Program-made: the position numbers and the translations under genes
Source of the DNA: a virus
IMG/VR virus record: IMGVR_UViG_3300006310_000001
Direction: 5' to 3' (one strand)
Length of the DNA stretch: 64,000 bases
Shown: piece after piece, positions 1 through 8,779 of the stretch
How positions within the stretch are numbered: the first letter of the stretch is position 1
Layout of the letters: each line of letters opens with the position of its first letter
The notes under the pieces: model-generated
Database searches by the model: none
Told to the model about the DNA's origin: nothing
The model's input: the letters and a program-made list of their open reading frames with translations, nothing else

Positions 1-333
1 TAAAGCGTATGTGTCTAACTCAACATCACCGTTTTCTATGGCATTTTCTAAACCGTCATAGTCATCATAAACAACTTTTGCAACATATTCAGTTTTATCT
101 GAATCTGTATAATTGGCGTCTGTCATATAGGTTTCAACACCGTTTTTTTCTTCTGCTAAGTCTTTATTGATTTTACTATAATCAATTCCGCAATCACTTA
201 ATTTAGTGTCTGCTTCTTCTTGATTTTTAGCAAGACAATCTTGTTCTATGCATAAAGTATAATAAGTTTTCTTTCTGTATAGGTTTTTACCGATATCGTC
301 TTTTCCGATATATTGGTCTGTTATATTACTCAT
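1..333 (-). CDS. hypothetical protein, runs off window start (MSNITDQYIGKDDIGKNLYRKK...)
   Basis: Not in track; 111 open codons from ATG at 333, ATGA overlap with stop of 330..569. Confidence 0.7.
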   Translation of the reverse strand, partial: MSNITDQYIGKDDIGKNLYRKKTYYTLCIEQDCLAKNQEEADTKLSDCGIDYSKINKDLAEEKNGVETYMTDANYTDSDKTEYVAKVVYDDYDGLENAIENGDVELDTYAL

Positions 334-569
334 ATTGTTCCTCCGTTTCTTAATTGTTGTACTTGATTTTGTCTATCTGCAATTGTAAGGTCAATCCACT
401 CTTCTATATTATCAGGAGAGTCTAGTCCTTCCATTGCAATGTTATAATTTGTTTCATTAAGTTTCTTTAAAGCAACTTCTTTAGTCATTTCACCGTCTAA
501 TAACTTGCTTTCAACTTTACTTAAAAATTCAGTTGCTTGGTCCCAAGCGAGATTTTTAGTTGCACTCAT
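330..569 (-). CDS. hypothetical protein (79 aa)
   Basis: ORF coupled to both neighbours; downstream of sigma70-type promoter. Confidence 0.7.
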   Translation of the reverse strand: MSATKNLAWDQATEFLSKVESKLLDGEMTKEVALKKLNETNYNIAMEGLDSPDNIEEWIDLTIADRQNQVQQLRNGGTI

Positions 570-1024
570 TAGTTTAGTCCTTTCATTTGTTCTACTTTTC
601 TTTTTATTGGGTTTAATTTATATGTTAATTCTTTATTAAAATCTTTTCTGAAAGATTGTCTGTCATAAGATTGACCGTAATCATTAAACATTGATTTATT
701 GTCTTCTGCAACATCACCGAATACTTGTTCATATGTTTTATAATATTCATCTTGGTCTATTAATTCAACTTTAGTTACGTTTTGAAAGTTAACAGCAGGT
801 TCTTTATAATTCCAATCACAATATTTAAGAATTTTCATCTTCATAGATTTTGTATTGAATTTGTCTTTGAATTTATATGGAACGTTTCTATAGATAGTTT
901 CGTATGCATAAAAGAATTCTTGGTCATCTGGATCAATATATTCTCTTAAATAAACTACATTAAAAGTATAGTCAACGTCATTTAATTTTACTTGATTTGT
1001 TTTTTTCATAGTGTTTATTTTCAT
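569..1024 (-). CDS. hypothetical early protein (151 aa)
   Basis: First ORF after promoter at 1036-1064. Confidence 0.7.
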   Translation of the reverse strand: MKINTMKKTNQVKLNDVDYTFNVVYLREYIDPDDQEFFYAYETIYRNVPYKFKDKFNTKSMKMKILKYCDWNYKEPAVNFQNVTKVELIDQDEYYKTYEQVFGDVAEDNKSMFNDYGQSYDRQSFRKDFNKELTYKLNPIKRKVEQMKGLN

Positions 1025-1035
1025 AGTATGTGTAT

Positions 1036-1064
1036 ACTATACAGGAGTTTTTCGGGAGAGTCAA
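1036..1064 (-). promoter_or_regulatory. sigma70-type early promoter TTGACT-N17-TATAGT
   Basis: -35 at 1059-1064, -10 at 1036-1041, 17-bp spacer. Confidence 0.75.
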
Positions 1065-1120
1065 TAGTTAATTTACGTTGATTTTACTGACTTTTTAGAG
1101 ATATTTGTTCTTGTTTTGTT

Positions 1121-1798
1121 CTAATTCCACAATTTCTTGACCCATTCTTGGTCTGAATCGTGTGGTAAAGGTCTTCCGTGAAATACTGCAACTTTCGCTT
1201 TTTCTTTCTTTTCAAACTTCCAACCTGACTTATGAAATCTAGGGTCTTTTCTACTATGCCATTTATAAGAATATGTCCATTCGTCTGGCATAACCTTTAA
1301 ATTCTTACTATTTTTAACTAATTTGGACATTGCGTTTTGGTCACCTTGCAATTTCATTAAATTAGATTTATCTTCTAAAAACTTATTCCATACTAATTTA
1401 GTTGCAACTTCATTATTGAATTTCATTATACTTGAATTATACTCTTTCGTTGCTAGGTTGAAATCGTTTATTACACCAAATGTCATATCATCACCAAATG
1501 TCGCTAATTCATTGATGTTATCTAAAATCACTACATCTAAATCCATATATAAACAAGGACCTTTTAATTCTGACTCTTCTCTAAATAACTGCATTTTATT
1601 CCACCAACCGTCATAAGTTGAATCTCTAAACTTTCTAAATTCTATGTCACCTTTTAATATCTTTTGAGGTTTTACGTGGTCTGAAAAACATATAAACTTA
1701 TGGGGTATGGTTAAATGTCTTTTAACCATATTGTATAGCACTTGTACATAATCTAGTGAATACTTTGTTCCATAATATACACAGCAAAAATTTATCAT
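1121..1798 (-). CDS. GT-A glycosyltransferase (GT8-like)
   Basis: CVYYGTKY...GWWNKMQLF...YMDLDVVI (DxD), GDQ and VFHG motifs. Confidence 0.75.
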   Translation of the reverse strand: MINFCCVYYGTKYSLDYVQVLYNMVKRHLTIPHKFICFSDHVKPQKILKGDIEFRKFRDSTYDGWWNKMQLFREESELKGPCLYMDLDVVILDNINELATFGDDMTFGVINDFNLATKEYNSSIMKFNNEVATKLVWNKFLEDKSNLMKLQGDQNAMSKLVKNSKNLKVMPDEWTYSYKWHSRKDPRFHKSGWKFEKKEKAKVAVFHGRPLPHDSDQEWVKKLWN

Positions 1799-2310
1799 AC
1801 ACTATTCCAAGAAATCATTATCCTATCTCCTGGTCCTTTAAAAGGATAAACACAATGTAATAAAGTAGAAGGCCAAACGAAGTAATCTCCATCTTTTGGA
1901 CTCCAACTAAACACTTTATTATTTGATACCCAATTCATATTACCTTGTGGTTGTGTCAATTTAGGTACTTTTAAATAAAGACCACCAGATATACCATTTT
2001 TCACTTCCTGATGACCGTGGAGCATATGGAAATCTCCTTCTCGCATTAAACCTGCCCAAACTTCCATTATTTTTCTATCTTTTGATTCATATTCATAAGT
2101 TATCTTATTAATTAAATCCCATACTTTTTCATTAAAAGGAACCCTTTTCATTTTTCCATTTTGAAGAGTTGTTTTTTGTATCTGTTCTAAAAAATCTCCT
2201 GTATCAGTTTCTTCTTCTAACAAAGCACAAATATAATCTGTTATAGGTACGTCTTTTATATTACCTCGTAACATAGCAATGCCTTCTTCTCCAAATGGTT
2301 TAATTATCAT
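1795..2310 (-). CDS. putative 2OG-Fe(II) oxygenase (TIGR02466-like)
   Basis: HMLHGH, ISGGLYL, WPSTLLHCV, RIMISWN. Confidence 0.7.
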   Translation of the reverse strand: MIIKPFGEEGIAMLRGNIKDVPITDYICALLEEETDTGDFLEQIQKTTLQNGKMKRVPFNEKVWDLINKITYEYESKDRKIMEVWAGLMREGDFHMLHGHQEVKNGISGGLYLKVPKLTQPQGNMNWVSNNKVFSWSPKDGDYFVWPSTLLHCVYPFKGPGDRIMISWNSV

Positions 2311-3128
2311 ACGTTTTGTTCTTGTAATGTTCTATAAGCAGTTCCATCTGTAATTTCAGATATTGTAAATTGATTTTCTGCAATCATCTTTAACCATTCT
2401 GTTATAGTCTTTCGTCCTGGTCTCATTGGTTTGTTTATAAACTTTATATCTTTTGATGAAACAAATGACGCTATATTTCGTTGATGGCATATTACAGGTA
2501 CTTGATTTAATATTGAATCAATAGCAGATAAACTCATATTGGTTACCAAACAATGAGCATTTTTTAAGTCTTCTTTAATATCTGTATTCCAAAACTCATT
2601 ACCAGGTCTAGGTTTATTTCTAAATCTAACTGGTTTATCTGTATGTTCTGCTATCTGTTTTGTTGCTTGTTCAACCCATTGTGATTGGCTCATACCATTG
2701 ATTTGGTAAGTTACCGTTTCAGAAGAAGGTGCTACTAGTATATGAGTTGTTTCTCCAGTATTCCACCCTTTAAACTGTACATCAATCCCTTGATGCTCTA
2801 GTTTCTGTAATCTTGAACCAGGTCCAACTTTGCACCTAATCGTGTGTATATTACCTTTACATATTCTAAAATATGTCTTATCGTAATCGTGTATTTTAGG
2901 TTCTGGATATCTTGTAATTTGTTGTGTTAAATAACCAACATCTACGTACCACCATTCCTCACCACTCTCCATACATTTACGTATTTCTTTTCTATTCTGT
3001 CCAGCTAACCCCCAAAAAAAGTGAACAGGTTTATCTGTATCAGTCCAACCTTTTTCTATGGCAGGAAATAACTGTTTACTTAAACATTTATCCCAAGGTA
3101 TATTATGCGTTATTATCATAAGTTTCAA
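2307..3128 (-). CDS. capsule-polysaccharide-modification (KpsS-like / GT-B) family protein
   Basis: WWYVDVGY...YFR, ILVAPS, VRFRNKP, CLVTNMSLSAIDSILNQVPV; paralogous to 4155..4907. Confidence 0.5.
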   Translation of the reverse strand: MKLMIITHNIPWDKCLSKQLFPAIEKGWTDTDKPVHFFWGLAGQNRKEIRKCMESGEEWWYVDVGYLTQQITRYPEPKIHDYDKTYFRICKGNIHTIRCKVGPGSRLQKLEHQGIDVQFKGWNTGETTHILVAPSSETVTYQINGMSQSQWVEQATKQIAEHTDKPVRFRNKPRPGNEFWNTDIKEDLKNAHCLVTNMSLSAIDSILNQVPVICHQRNIASFVSSKDIKFINKPMRPGRKTITEWLKMIAENQFTISEITDGTAYRTLQEQNV

Positions 3129-4158
3129 ATACTGTATTCAATGATTGGTTACATCTAACAAAACTTGCACATTTAGGAATATCTTTTAGTCGTCTTGCAC
3201 CAATATAGGTACAACTTGACCTAACACCCCCTAATATATCTTCTATTGTTTCTTTAACAGCACCTCTATCAGGTAATATTACTGCTCGTCCTTCATTACC
3301 TCTATAACCGTCTTTTCGTTTTCCGTGTACTTCTCTTGCTCTATCAGAAGACATCCCATAAAACTCTCTTTTACCATCTTTACTTTCTACTTCACTTTCA
3401 TTATGTCCTGCTAACATTCCACCTAACATCACAAAATGAGCACCACCACCAAATGCTTTCGCAATATCTCCTGGCATATTACAACCACCATCTGCAACTA
3501 TATGACCACCAACACCATTAGCAGCGTCAGCACACTCTACTACTGCACTAAATTGAGGTACACCTACACCTGCCATTGTTCTTGTTGTACATACACTACC
3601 TGGTCCAATACCTACTTTAACTACGTCTGCACCTTGTATAATTAGTTCTTCGGTCATTTCAGCAGTTACTACATTACCTGCAATTATAGTTTTGTCTGGA
3701 TACTCTTCTCTAACTGCACCAACAAAATCTGAAAAGTTTGTATGGTAACCATTTGCAACATCTACTGTAATAAACTTAACATCTGGAAAACTCTTTAATA
3801 CTTTTTGCATTGTAGTATAATCTTCAGCATTATCATCCCATAATTTACCTGTGCCTGTACATACTGATAGATACTTTAATTTAATACCTTCACCTACTGC
3901 TTTTCTCCATTGTTCTATCGTTGTTGTCTTTGTAATCGTGGTCAACATCTTATACTCTTGTATAACTTTCGCCATACTAAATGTTCCCACTCCATCCATA
4001 TTACTTGCTATTATTGGACAACACTCATATGTTTCACCAGAATTTCTAAATGTAAATGACCTAGTCATTTCTACATCACGTCTTGATGATAATGTTGACC
4101 GTTTAGGTTTCAACAATACGTCTTTATAATCTAATTTTACTTCGTTATCTAATCTCAT
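3103..4158 (-). CDS. guaC: GMP reductase
   Basis: KLDYKDVLLKPKRSTLSSR, DVANG, KVGIGPGSVCTTR, FYGMSS; start moved to MRLDN at 4158 (ATGA overlap). Confidence 0.92.
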   Translation of the reverse strand: MRLDNEVKLDYKDVLLKPKRSTLSSRRDVEMTRSFTFRNSGETYECCPIIASNMDGVGTFSMAKVIQEYKMLTTITKTTTIEQWRKAVGEGIKLKYLSVCTGTGKLWDDNAEDYTTMQKVLKSFPDVKFITVDVANGYHTNFSDFVGAVREEYPDKTIIAGNVVTAEMTEELIIQGADVVKVGIGPGSVCTTRTMAGVGVPQFSAVVECADAANGVGGHIVADGGCNMPGDIAKAFGGGAHFVMLGGMLAGHNESEVESKDGKREFYGMSSDRAREVHGKRKDGYRGNEGRAVILPDRGAVKETIEDILGGVRSSCTYIGARRLKDIPKCASFVRCNQSLNTVFETYDNNA

Positions 4159-4907
4159 TGTACTTTTCTCCAAGCTGTTCCATTTTTTATTTCTGTCATA
4201 GTAAATTGATTTGCTAATAAACTATATATCCAGTTTAATCTAGCAGGTCTTATAGGTTGTTCTATTTTACTAAAATCGGTTAACCCCATTGGTACACCCA
4301 TATTCATTTTATCACAAAATACAGGTACCCCATTTAAAATAGCGTCAACTACAACTGCTGAATTATGAGATACTATAGCATATGCACTTTGTACTTCTTC
4401 TCTTAAAGGTCTGCTACTCTTTTTATCTCTTACTTTAATAGGTCTATCTGTATATTGTTTTAAAGTCTTTATAGTATCATCAACCCAACTACCTATATTA
4501 TGATATGCTATTTGAAAATGAGAAGGTGCTATAATTAAGATATAATTGCCATCACTTTTCCAGGGTTGTAATTTTATATACTGTTTATACTTTTTAATTC
4601 TTTCATTATCTTCATCTGTTAGTTCTTGTATAGTTTGTATATGATAATGATTTTTTGTTAATCTATATATTCTCTCACCAGTTACCTTTGATGGAGAGTG
4701 TCTATTACCATATAAGTAAGCGTGGTCAAAATAATAAAACTCTTTACTTTGTTTCAAAAGTTCGCCTGTGCCTCTTAATATTCCAAAACAAGTAATAGGT
4801 TTATCTATATCAACATCTTTAACATTATGTAATGTTCCTCCTGCACTTGAAACAAAATGTCTTACAATATCATCTGTTGCTGGTCTAGTTAATAATCCTT
4901 GTATCAT
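4155..4907 (-). CDS. capsule-polysaccharide-modification (KpsS-like / GT-B) family protein
   Basis: YYFDHAY...YR, ILIIAPS, IKVRDK, IVSHNSAVVVDAILNGVPVF. Confidence 0.5.
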   Translation of the reverse strand: MIQGLLTRPATDDIVRHFVSSAGGTLHNVKDVDIDKPITCFGILRGTGELLKQSKEFYYFDHAYLYGNRHSPSKVTGERIYRLTKNHYHIQTIQELTDEDNERIKKYKQYIKLQPWKSDGNYILIIAPSHFQIAYHNIGSWVDDTIKTLKQYTDRPIKVRDKKSSRPLREEVQSAYAIVSHNSAVVVDAILNGVPVFCDKMNMGVPMGLTDFSKIEQPIRPARLNWIYSLLANQFTMTEIKNGTAWRKVQ

Positions 4908-5581
4908 TTAACCATATTTGTTTCAGTTGTTTCTTCCTTTAATTTTAACCATTCTTCTGCATAATCACAATTTAAATAATCTACAAACCAAGGTCCACCT
5001 TCTGTAAAATGGACGTTCTTAACATCATCTTTCTTTTGATATTCTCCACTTAACCAATTCCACTCTAAAGGTAGTTCACCAATCATATTATCATTTTCTA
5101 ACCATTTAAATTGGTGTAGTTGTAATCCTGTTGCACTATTCACATAATCTGGTGTTAGTGCTGTACACTTATCACAATTCATCAACATAAAACTTGACCA
5201 ATTTTTCTTTTCATACTTTGTTTGAGGTTGACCTAAAAACTTCTTTGTCTTTCTTGGTATATAATCGTGCTTACACACTTGTACAGCATATTTCTCATCC
5301 CTTAATCTCCATAACTCAGCAATATCTGTTAACATTAACTGGTCACAATCCATAAACAATGCCCACCCCTTATAATTCATAAGGTGAGGTACTATAAATC
5401 TACTAAAACTAAATTCAGTTGATTCTATATTACTACGTTCTCTAGTAAAATTATCTTTTATATTTTTTAAATATATTGGTGTAATAGATACAGGTCTGGT
5501 ACTATGTTTTAATATACTATATGCAAGTACATTAAAAGCAACCTTCTCTTTACTATCATACCCAATAAAAATATTAATCAT
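4904..5581 (-). CDS. GT-A glycosyltransferase (GT8-like)
   Basis: IFIGYD, STEFSFSRF, FMDCD, KNWSSFML, LPLEWN, HFTEGGPWF. Confidence 0.8.
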   Translation of the reverse strand: MINIFIGYDSKEKVAFNVLAYSILKHSTRPVSITPIYLKNIKDNFTRERSNIESTEFSFSRFIVPHLMNYKGWALFMDCDQLMLTDIAELWRLRDEKYAVQVCKHDYIPRKTKKFLGQPQTKYEKKNWSSFMLMNCDKCTALTPDYVNSATGLQLHQFKWLENDNMIGELPLEWNWLSGEYQKKDDVKNVHFTEGGPWFVDYLNCDYAEEWLKLKEETTETNMVK

Positions 5582-5583
5582 TA

Positions 5584-5820
5584 CTATTTCGTTTTTATAG
5601 GCATTCTTATATTTTTACGCAACGCTCTTACTAACTCACCTAACTTATCAATAATCGCTATCGCATCCTCATCCGTAATATAATGTCGTTGCTCTTTAAG
5701 TTCATCATATTCTCTTAAAGGAATCGTAACAGTTCTATTAAGTTGTGTTTCATTTTCATATGTCAAGTTATGAGCATTGTCTTGGTCATCTACGCCGTTT
5801 GTCATCTGTTTCTTCTCCAT
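5584..5820 (-). CDS. hypothetical protein (78 aa)
   Basis: ORF in coupled operon. Confidence 0.65.
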   Translation of the reverse strand: MEKKQMTNGVDDQDNAHNLTYENETQLNRTVTIPLREYDELKEQRHYITDEDAIAIIDKLGELVRALRKNIRMPIKTK

Positions 5821-6575
5821 TCTGGACTATTTGCTTGTTTTTTTCTTTGTCCTTTTCTATGGTCTATATATGGGTTAAGAAACGTATCTCTTGCCATTAT
5901 ATGTCCATTTCTACCATCCCCTAGTGGTTTTTCACTATACCTGGGATCGTTTTTAAACATTTGCCTAGTACCGTCCAATGTATGGCAATCTGTCCAAAAA
6001 TTCTTTCCTAATTTCTTTATTGTATATACTTTATCTGTTATATACCATTTTTTATATTCACGAAAAAAGTCATCTACTACACGACTTCTATTATTAAATG
6101 CAACAAAACCTGTTTCTGTATATTGTGATGGTCTATGATAAAATGATAAAAATGTTAAATCTGGTAAACAGTTCTGATACCAAGAGTCGTGTATTGTGTC
6201 CATAAACTTACAATCACTATCTACATAATATATTTTAGTTCCCCAACCTCTTGCTGCTGATTGAGCAAATACTTTATAACTAAATCTTACCGCTTCTTCA
6301 TAAAAATTATTTGCTGTTCTATGTTTATTTCTTTGAACAAAATCTTTACAATCTGGTTCAAAGTCAAATAAATTATAATAATGTACTCTATCTACTTTAG
6401 GATATAAATTTGGATTATCTTCAACAAAAACATACATATGTGGTTTTTGATTTGTTGCCACGTATGAGTCAATTAATTGATGAGCATAATCATCATATAA
6501 TCTTTTATTAAATGTTGTACAAAATATGTATGGGGCTAATCCCCTAGTTGGTCCGTATGCTCCGAGTCCGCTCAT
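5802..6575 (-). CDS. putative GT-A glycosyltransferase
   Basis: RFSYKVFA, YVDSD (DxD), ETGFVAFN, DHRKG; start moved to 6575 (ATGA overlap with gmd stop). Confidence 0.55.
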   Translation of the reverse strand: MSGLGAYGPTRGLAPYIFCTTFNKRLYDDYAHQLIDSYVATNQKPHMYVFVEDNPNLYPKVDRVHYYNLFDFEPDCKDFVQRNKHRTANNFYEEAVRFSYKVFAQSAARGWGTKIYYVDSDCKFMDTIHDSWYQNCLPDLTFLSFYHRPSQYTETGFVAFNNRSRVVDDFFREYKKWYITDKVYTIKKLGKNFWTDCHTLDGTRQMFKNDPRYSEKPLGDGRNGHIMARDTFLNPYIDHRKGQRKKQANSPEWRRNR

Positions 6576-7621
6576 ATACAATTCTCTGGAGCATCCCAAA
6601 GTCTTGGTACTCCTGATTGATGGTCACTACAATATCTACCTACATCAGCGTCAACCATTTCTTTCATTAAACTCTCTACATTATGTTTATGTTCCCAACC
6701 TAATACTTCTCTTGCCTTACTAGCATCCCCTTGTAATACATCTACCTCAGCAGGTCTTAAATGTTTCTTATCAGTAGTAATAATTAATTGATTGCCGTCT
6801 GTAAAACACTTACCATCTTTCCAATAATGTTTTATTCCTTTATAATCTAATGCCATATCTGCAAATTCTTTTACTGTATGAATTTCACCAGTTGCTAATA
6901 CATAGTCATCTGGTTTATCGTGTTGTAGCATTTGCCACATACCTCTAACAAAATCCTCAGCGTGTCCCCAATCTCTTTTTGCATTTAAATTTCCTAAAAC
7001 AATTGGTCTTCCTTCTTGCAACCAATGTGCTAAACCTTTTGATATCTTTCTAGTTACAAAGTCCTCACCTCTATGTGGACTTTCGTGATTAAATAAAAGA
7101 CCACAACAAGCAAACATATCATACGCTTCTCTATAATTAATTGTTATATGATGAGCATATAGTTTTGCAACACCATATGGTGACCTCGGCCAGAATTTTG
7201 TTGTTTCTTTTTGTGGCGTTTCAAATACTTTTCCATACATTTCACTTGTACTTGCTTGATAGAATTTTATTTTAGGATTTACTTGTCTTATACTTTCTAG
7301 TATTCTCAAAGGACCCATTGCGTCTATTAGAGTAGCAAGTTCTGGTTGTTTAAATGATAACCATACAAATGATTGAGCAGCTAAATTATATACTTCGTCT
7401 GGTTGAGATTCCTCTATTGCTCTTCTTATATTCGCTTGGTCTATTACATCAAGTTCAACAAACTCTATTTGGTCTGTAATACCCATTTCATCTAGTCGCC
7501 AATGTTTTGGTGATGTACTTCGTCTTTGTCCACCAAATACTTTATAACCTTTTTCTAATAACAATTTAGCAAGATAAGCGCCGTCTTGTCCAGTTATACC
7601 TGTAATCAATGCTCTTTTCAT
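6572..7621 (-). CDS. gmd: GDP-mannose 4,6-dehydratase
   Basis: ALITGITGQDGAYLA, YNLAAQS, YQASTSEMYG, RSPYGVAK, LFNHESP, RDWGHA. Confidence 0.95.
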   Translation of the reverse strand: MKRALITGITGQDGAYLAKLLLEKGYKVFGGQRRSTSPKHWRLDEMGITDQIEFVELDVIDQANIRRAIEESQPDEVYNLAAQSFVWLSFKQPELATLIDAMGPLRILESIRQVNPKIKFYQASTSEMYGKVFETPQKETTKFWPRSPYGVAKLYAHHITINYREAYDMFACCGLLFNHESPHRGEDFVTRKISKGLAHWLQEGRPIVLGNLNAKRDWGHAEDFVRGMWQMLQHDKPDDYVLATGEIHTVKEFADMALDYKGIKHYWKDGKCFTDGNQLIITTDKKHLRPAEVDVLQGDASKAREVLGWEHKHNVESLMKEMVDADVGRYCSDHQSGVPRLWDAPENCI

Positions 7622-8772
7622 TTTATGTCCTTTGTTATGTGATATACCATATCAATATTTTCTTTTAAATCTCTTATATCATTTCCTATAAACAAACCAT
7701 TGTTATGAATATAATCTGCATTTGGACAACTATTATTATAATAATCAAGATAATCTATTACAGGATTGTTCATAAAATTACCTGCAACAATAGGTCTACA
7801 CTCTACTCCGTTTTCTGTAAGTTTCTTAACAAGTTGGTCTCTTTTGCCTTCATATTCATCAACTAACAAAATGGAAAATCCAAACCAACTAGACTCTCCT
7901 ATTTCTTTTTGTAATTGTACACCTGGCATTTCTTCAAACTTATGTTGAAAATAGTTTGCATTACGAATTCTTTGTGTTCTCATTTCTTGTTCTTTTTTAA
8001 GTTGTACACTTCCAATTGCACCACTCATTTCTAAAGGTCTTACACTATAACCTGGAGTTACAAACGTAAAACTATCTTTAAACTTATCACCTGTCTTTTT
8101 ATAAATCTTATTATCGTCTGGTAAATCTCTACACCAACCGTGTGCTCTTAATGACCTTAAATAATCAGCGTCATCTTTATTTCTACAAGCAATCATTCCA
8201 CCTTCCATTGTTTGTAAGTGATGTGAAAAGAAGAAAGAAAAACTACCTAAATCAGCAAACGTTCCACAATATTCATAGTTATATGTCTGAGCACCTAAAC
8301 TCTCACAATTGTCCTCTATTAACATAAGGTTGTGTTCTCTAGCAATATGCATTAATGAATAATGGTCACAGGAGTTACCTAAAAGATTAACTGCAAATAT
8401 AGCGCAAGTATCGTCATTAATTGCTTCTCTAACTTTATTAGGGTCTATATTTAAAGTTTCTCTATCTACATCTACAAAATTTAATTTGAAACCGTATTGT
8501 TGTAATGGAAAGTATGTTGTTGACCAAGAAACAGCAGGTACAATTATATTACCACCTTTTTTATATTTTAATTTTAACAATGCTATCATTAATAGATTAG
8601 CAGTTGAACCACTATTAACCATAACTGCGTCATTACATCTAAAATATTTGGCAAACTCTTGCTCAAACTTCTTAACGTAAGGACCCATTGTATATCGCCC
8701 ACTTTTTATGACTTCTTGTATTGCGTGTAACTCTTTATGATCCCAAGTATCACTAGCTAATTGATATTTCAT
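7618..8772 (-). CDS. DegT/DnrJ-family PLP enzyme, ColD-like GDP-4-keto-6-deoxymannose 3-dehydratase
   Basis: NSGSTAN, EDNCESLG, SFFFSHHLQTMEGG with His at the usual catalytic Lys position; adjacent to gmd. Confidence 0.8.
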   Translation of the reverse strand: MKYQLASDTWDHKELHAIQEVIKSGRYTMGPYVKKFEQEFAKYFRCNDAVMVNSGSTANLLMIALLKLKYKKGGNIIVPAVSWSTTYFPLQQYGFKLNFVDVDRETLNIDPNKVREAINDDTCAIFAVNLLGNSCDHYSLMHIAREHNLMLIEDNCESLGAQTYNYEYCGTFADLGSFSFFFSHHLQTMEGGMIACRNKDDADYLRSLRAHGWCRDLPDDNKIYKKTGDKFKDSFTFVTPGYSVRPLEMSGAIGSVQLKKEQEMRTQRIRNANYFQHKFEEMPGVQLQKEIGESSWFGFSILLVDEYEGKRDQLVKKLTENGVECRPIVAGNFMNNPVIDYLDYYNNSCPNADYIHNNGLFIGNDIRDLKENIDMVYHITKDIK

Positions 8773-8779
8773 AATTTTC

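Noticed and set aside
6530-6640. GC-richer, hairpin-containing junction (GGGGATTAGCCCC) resembling a tRNA-Ala 5' end
   Set aside because: No D-arm, T-arm or cloverleaf; fully explained as the coding overlap of the gmd C-terminus and the next gene's N-terminus.
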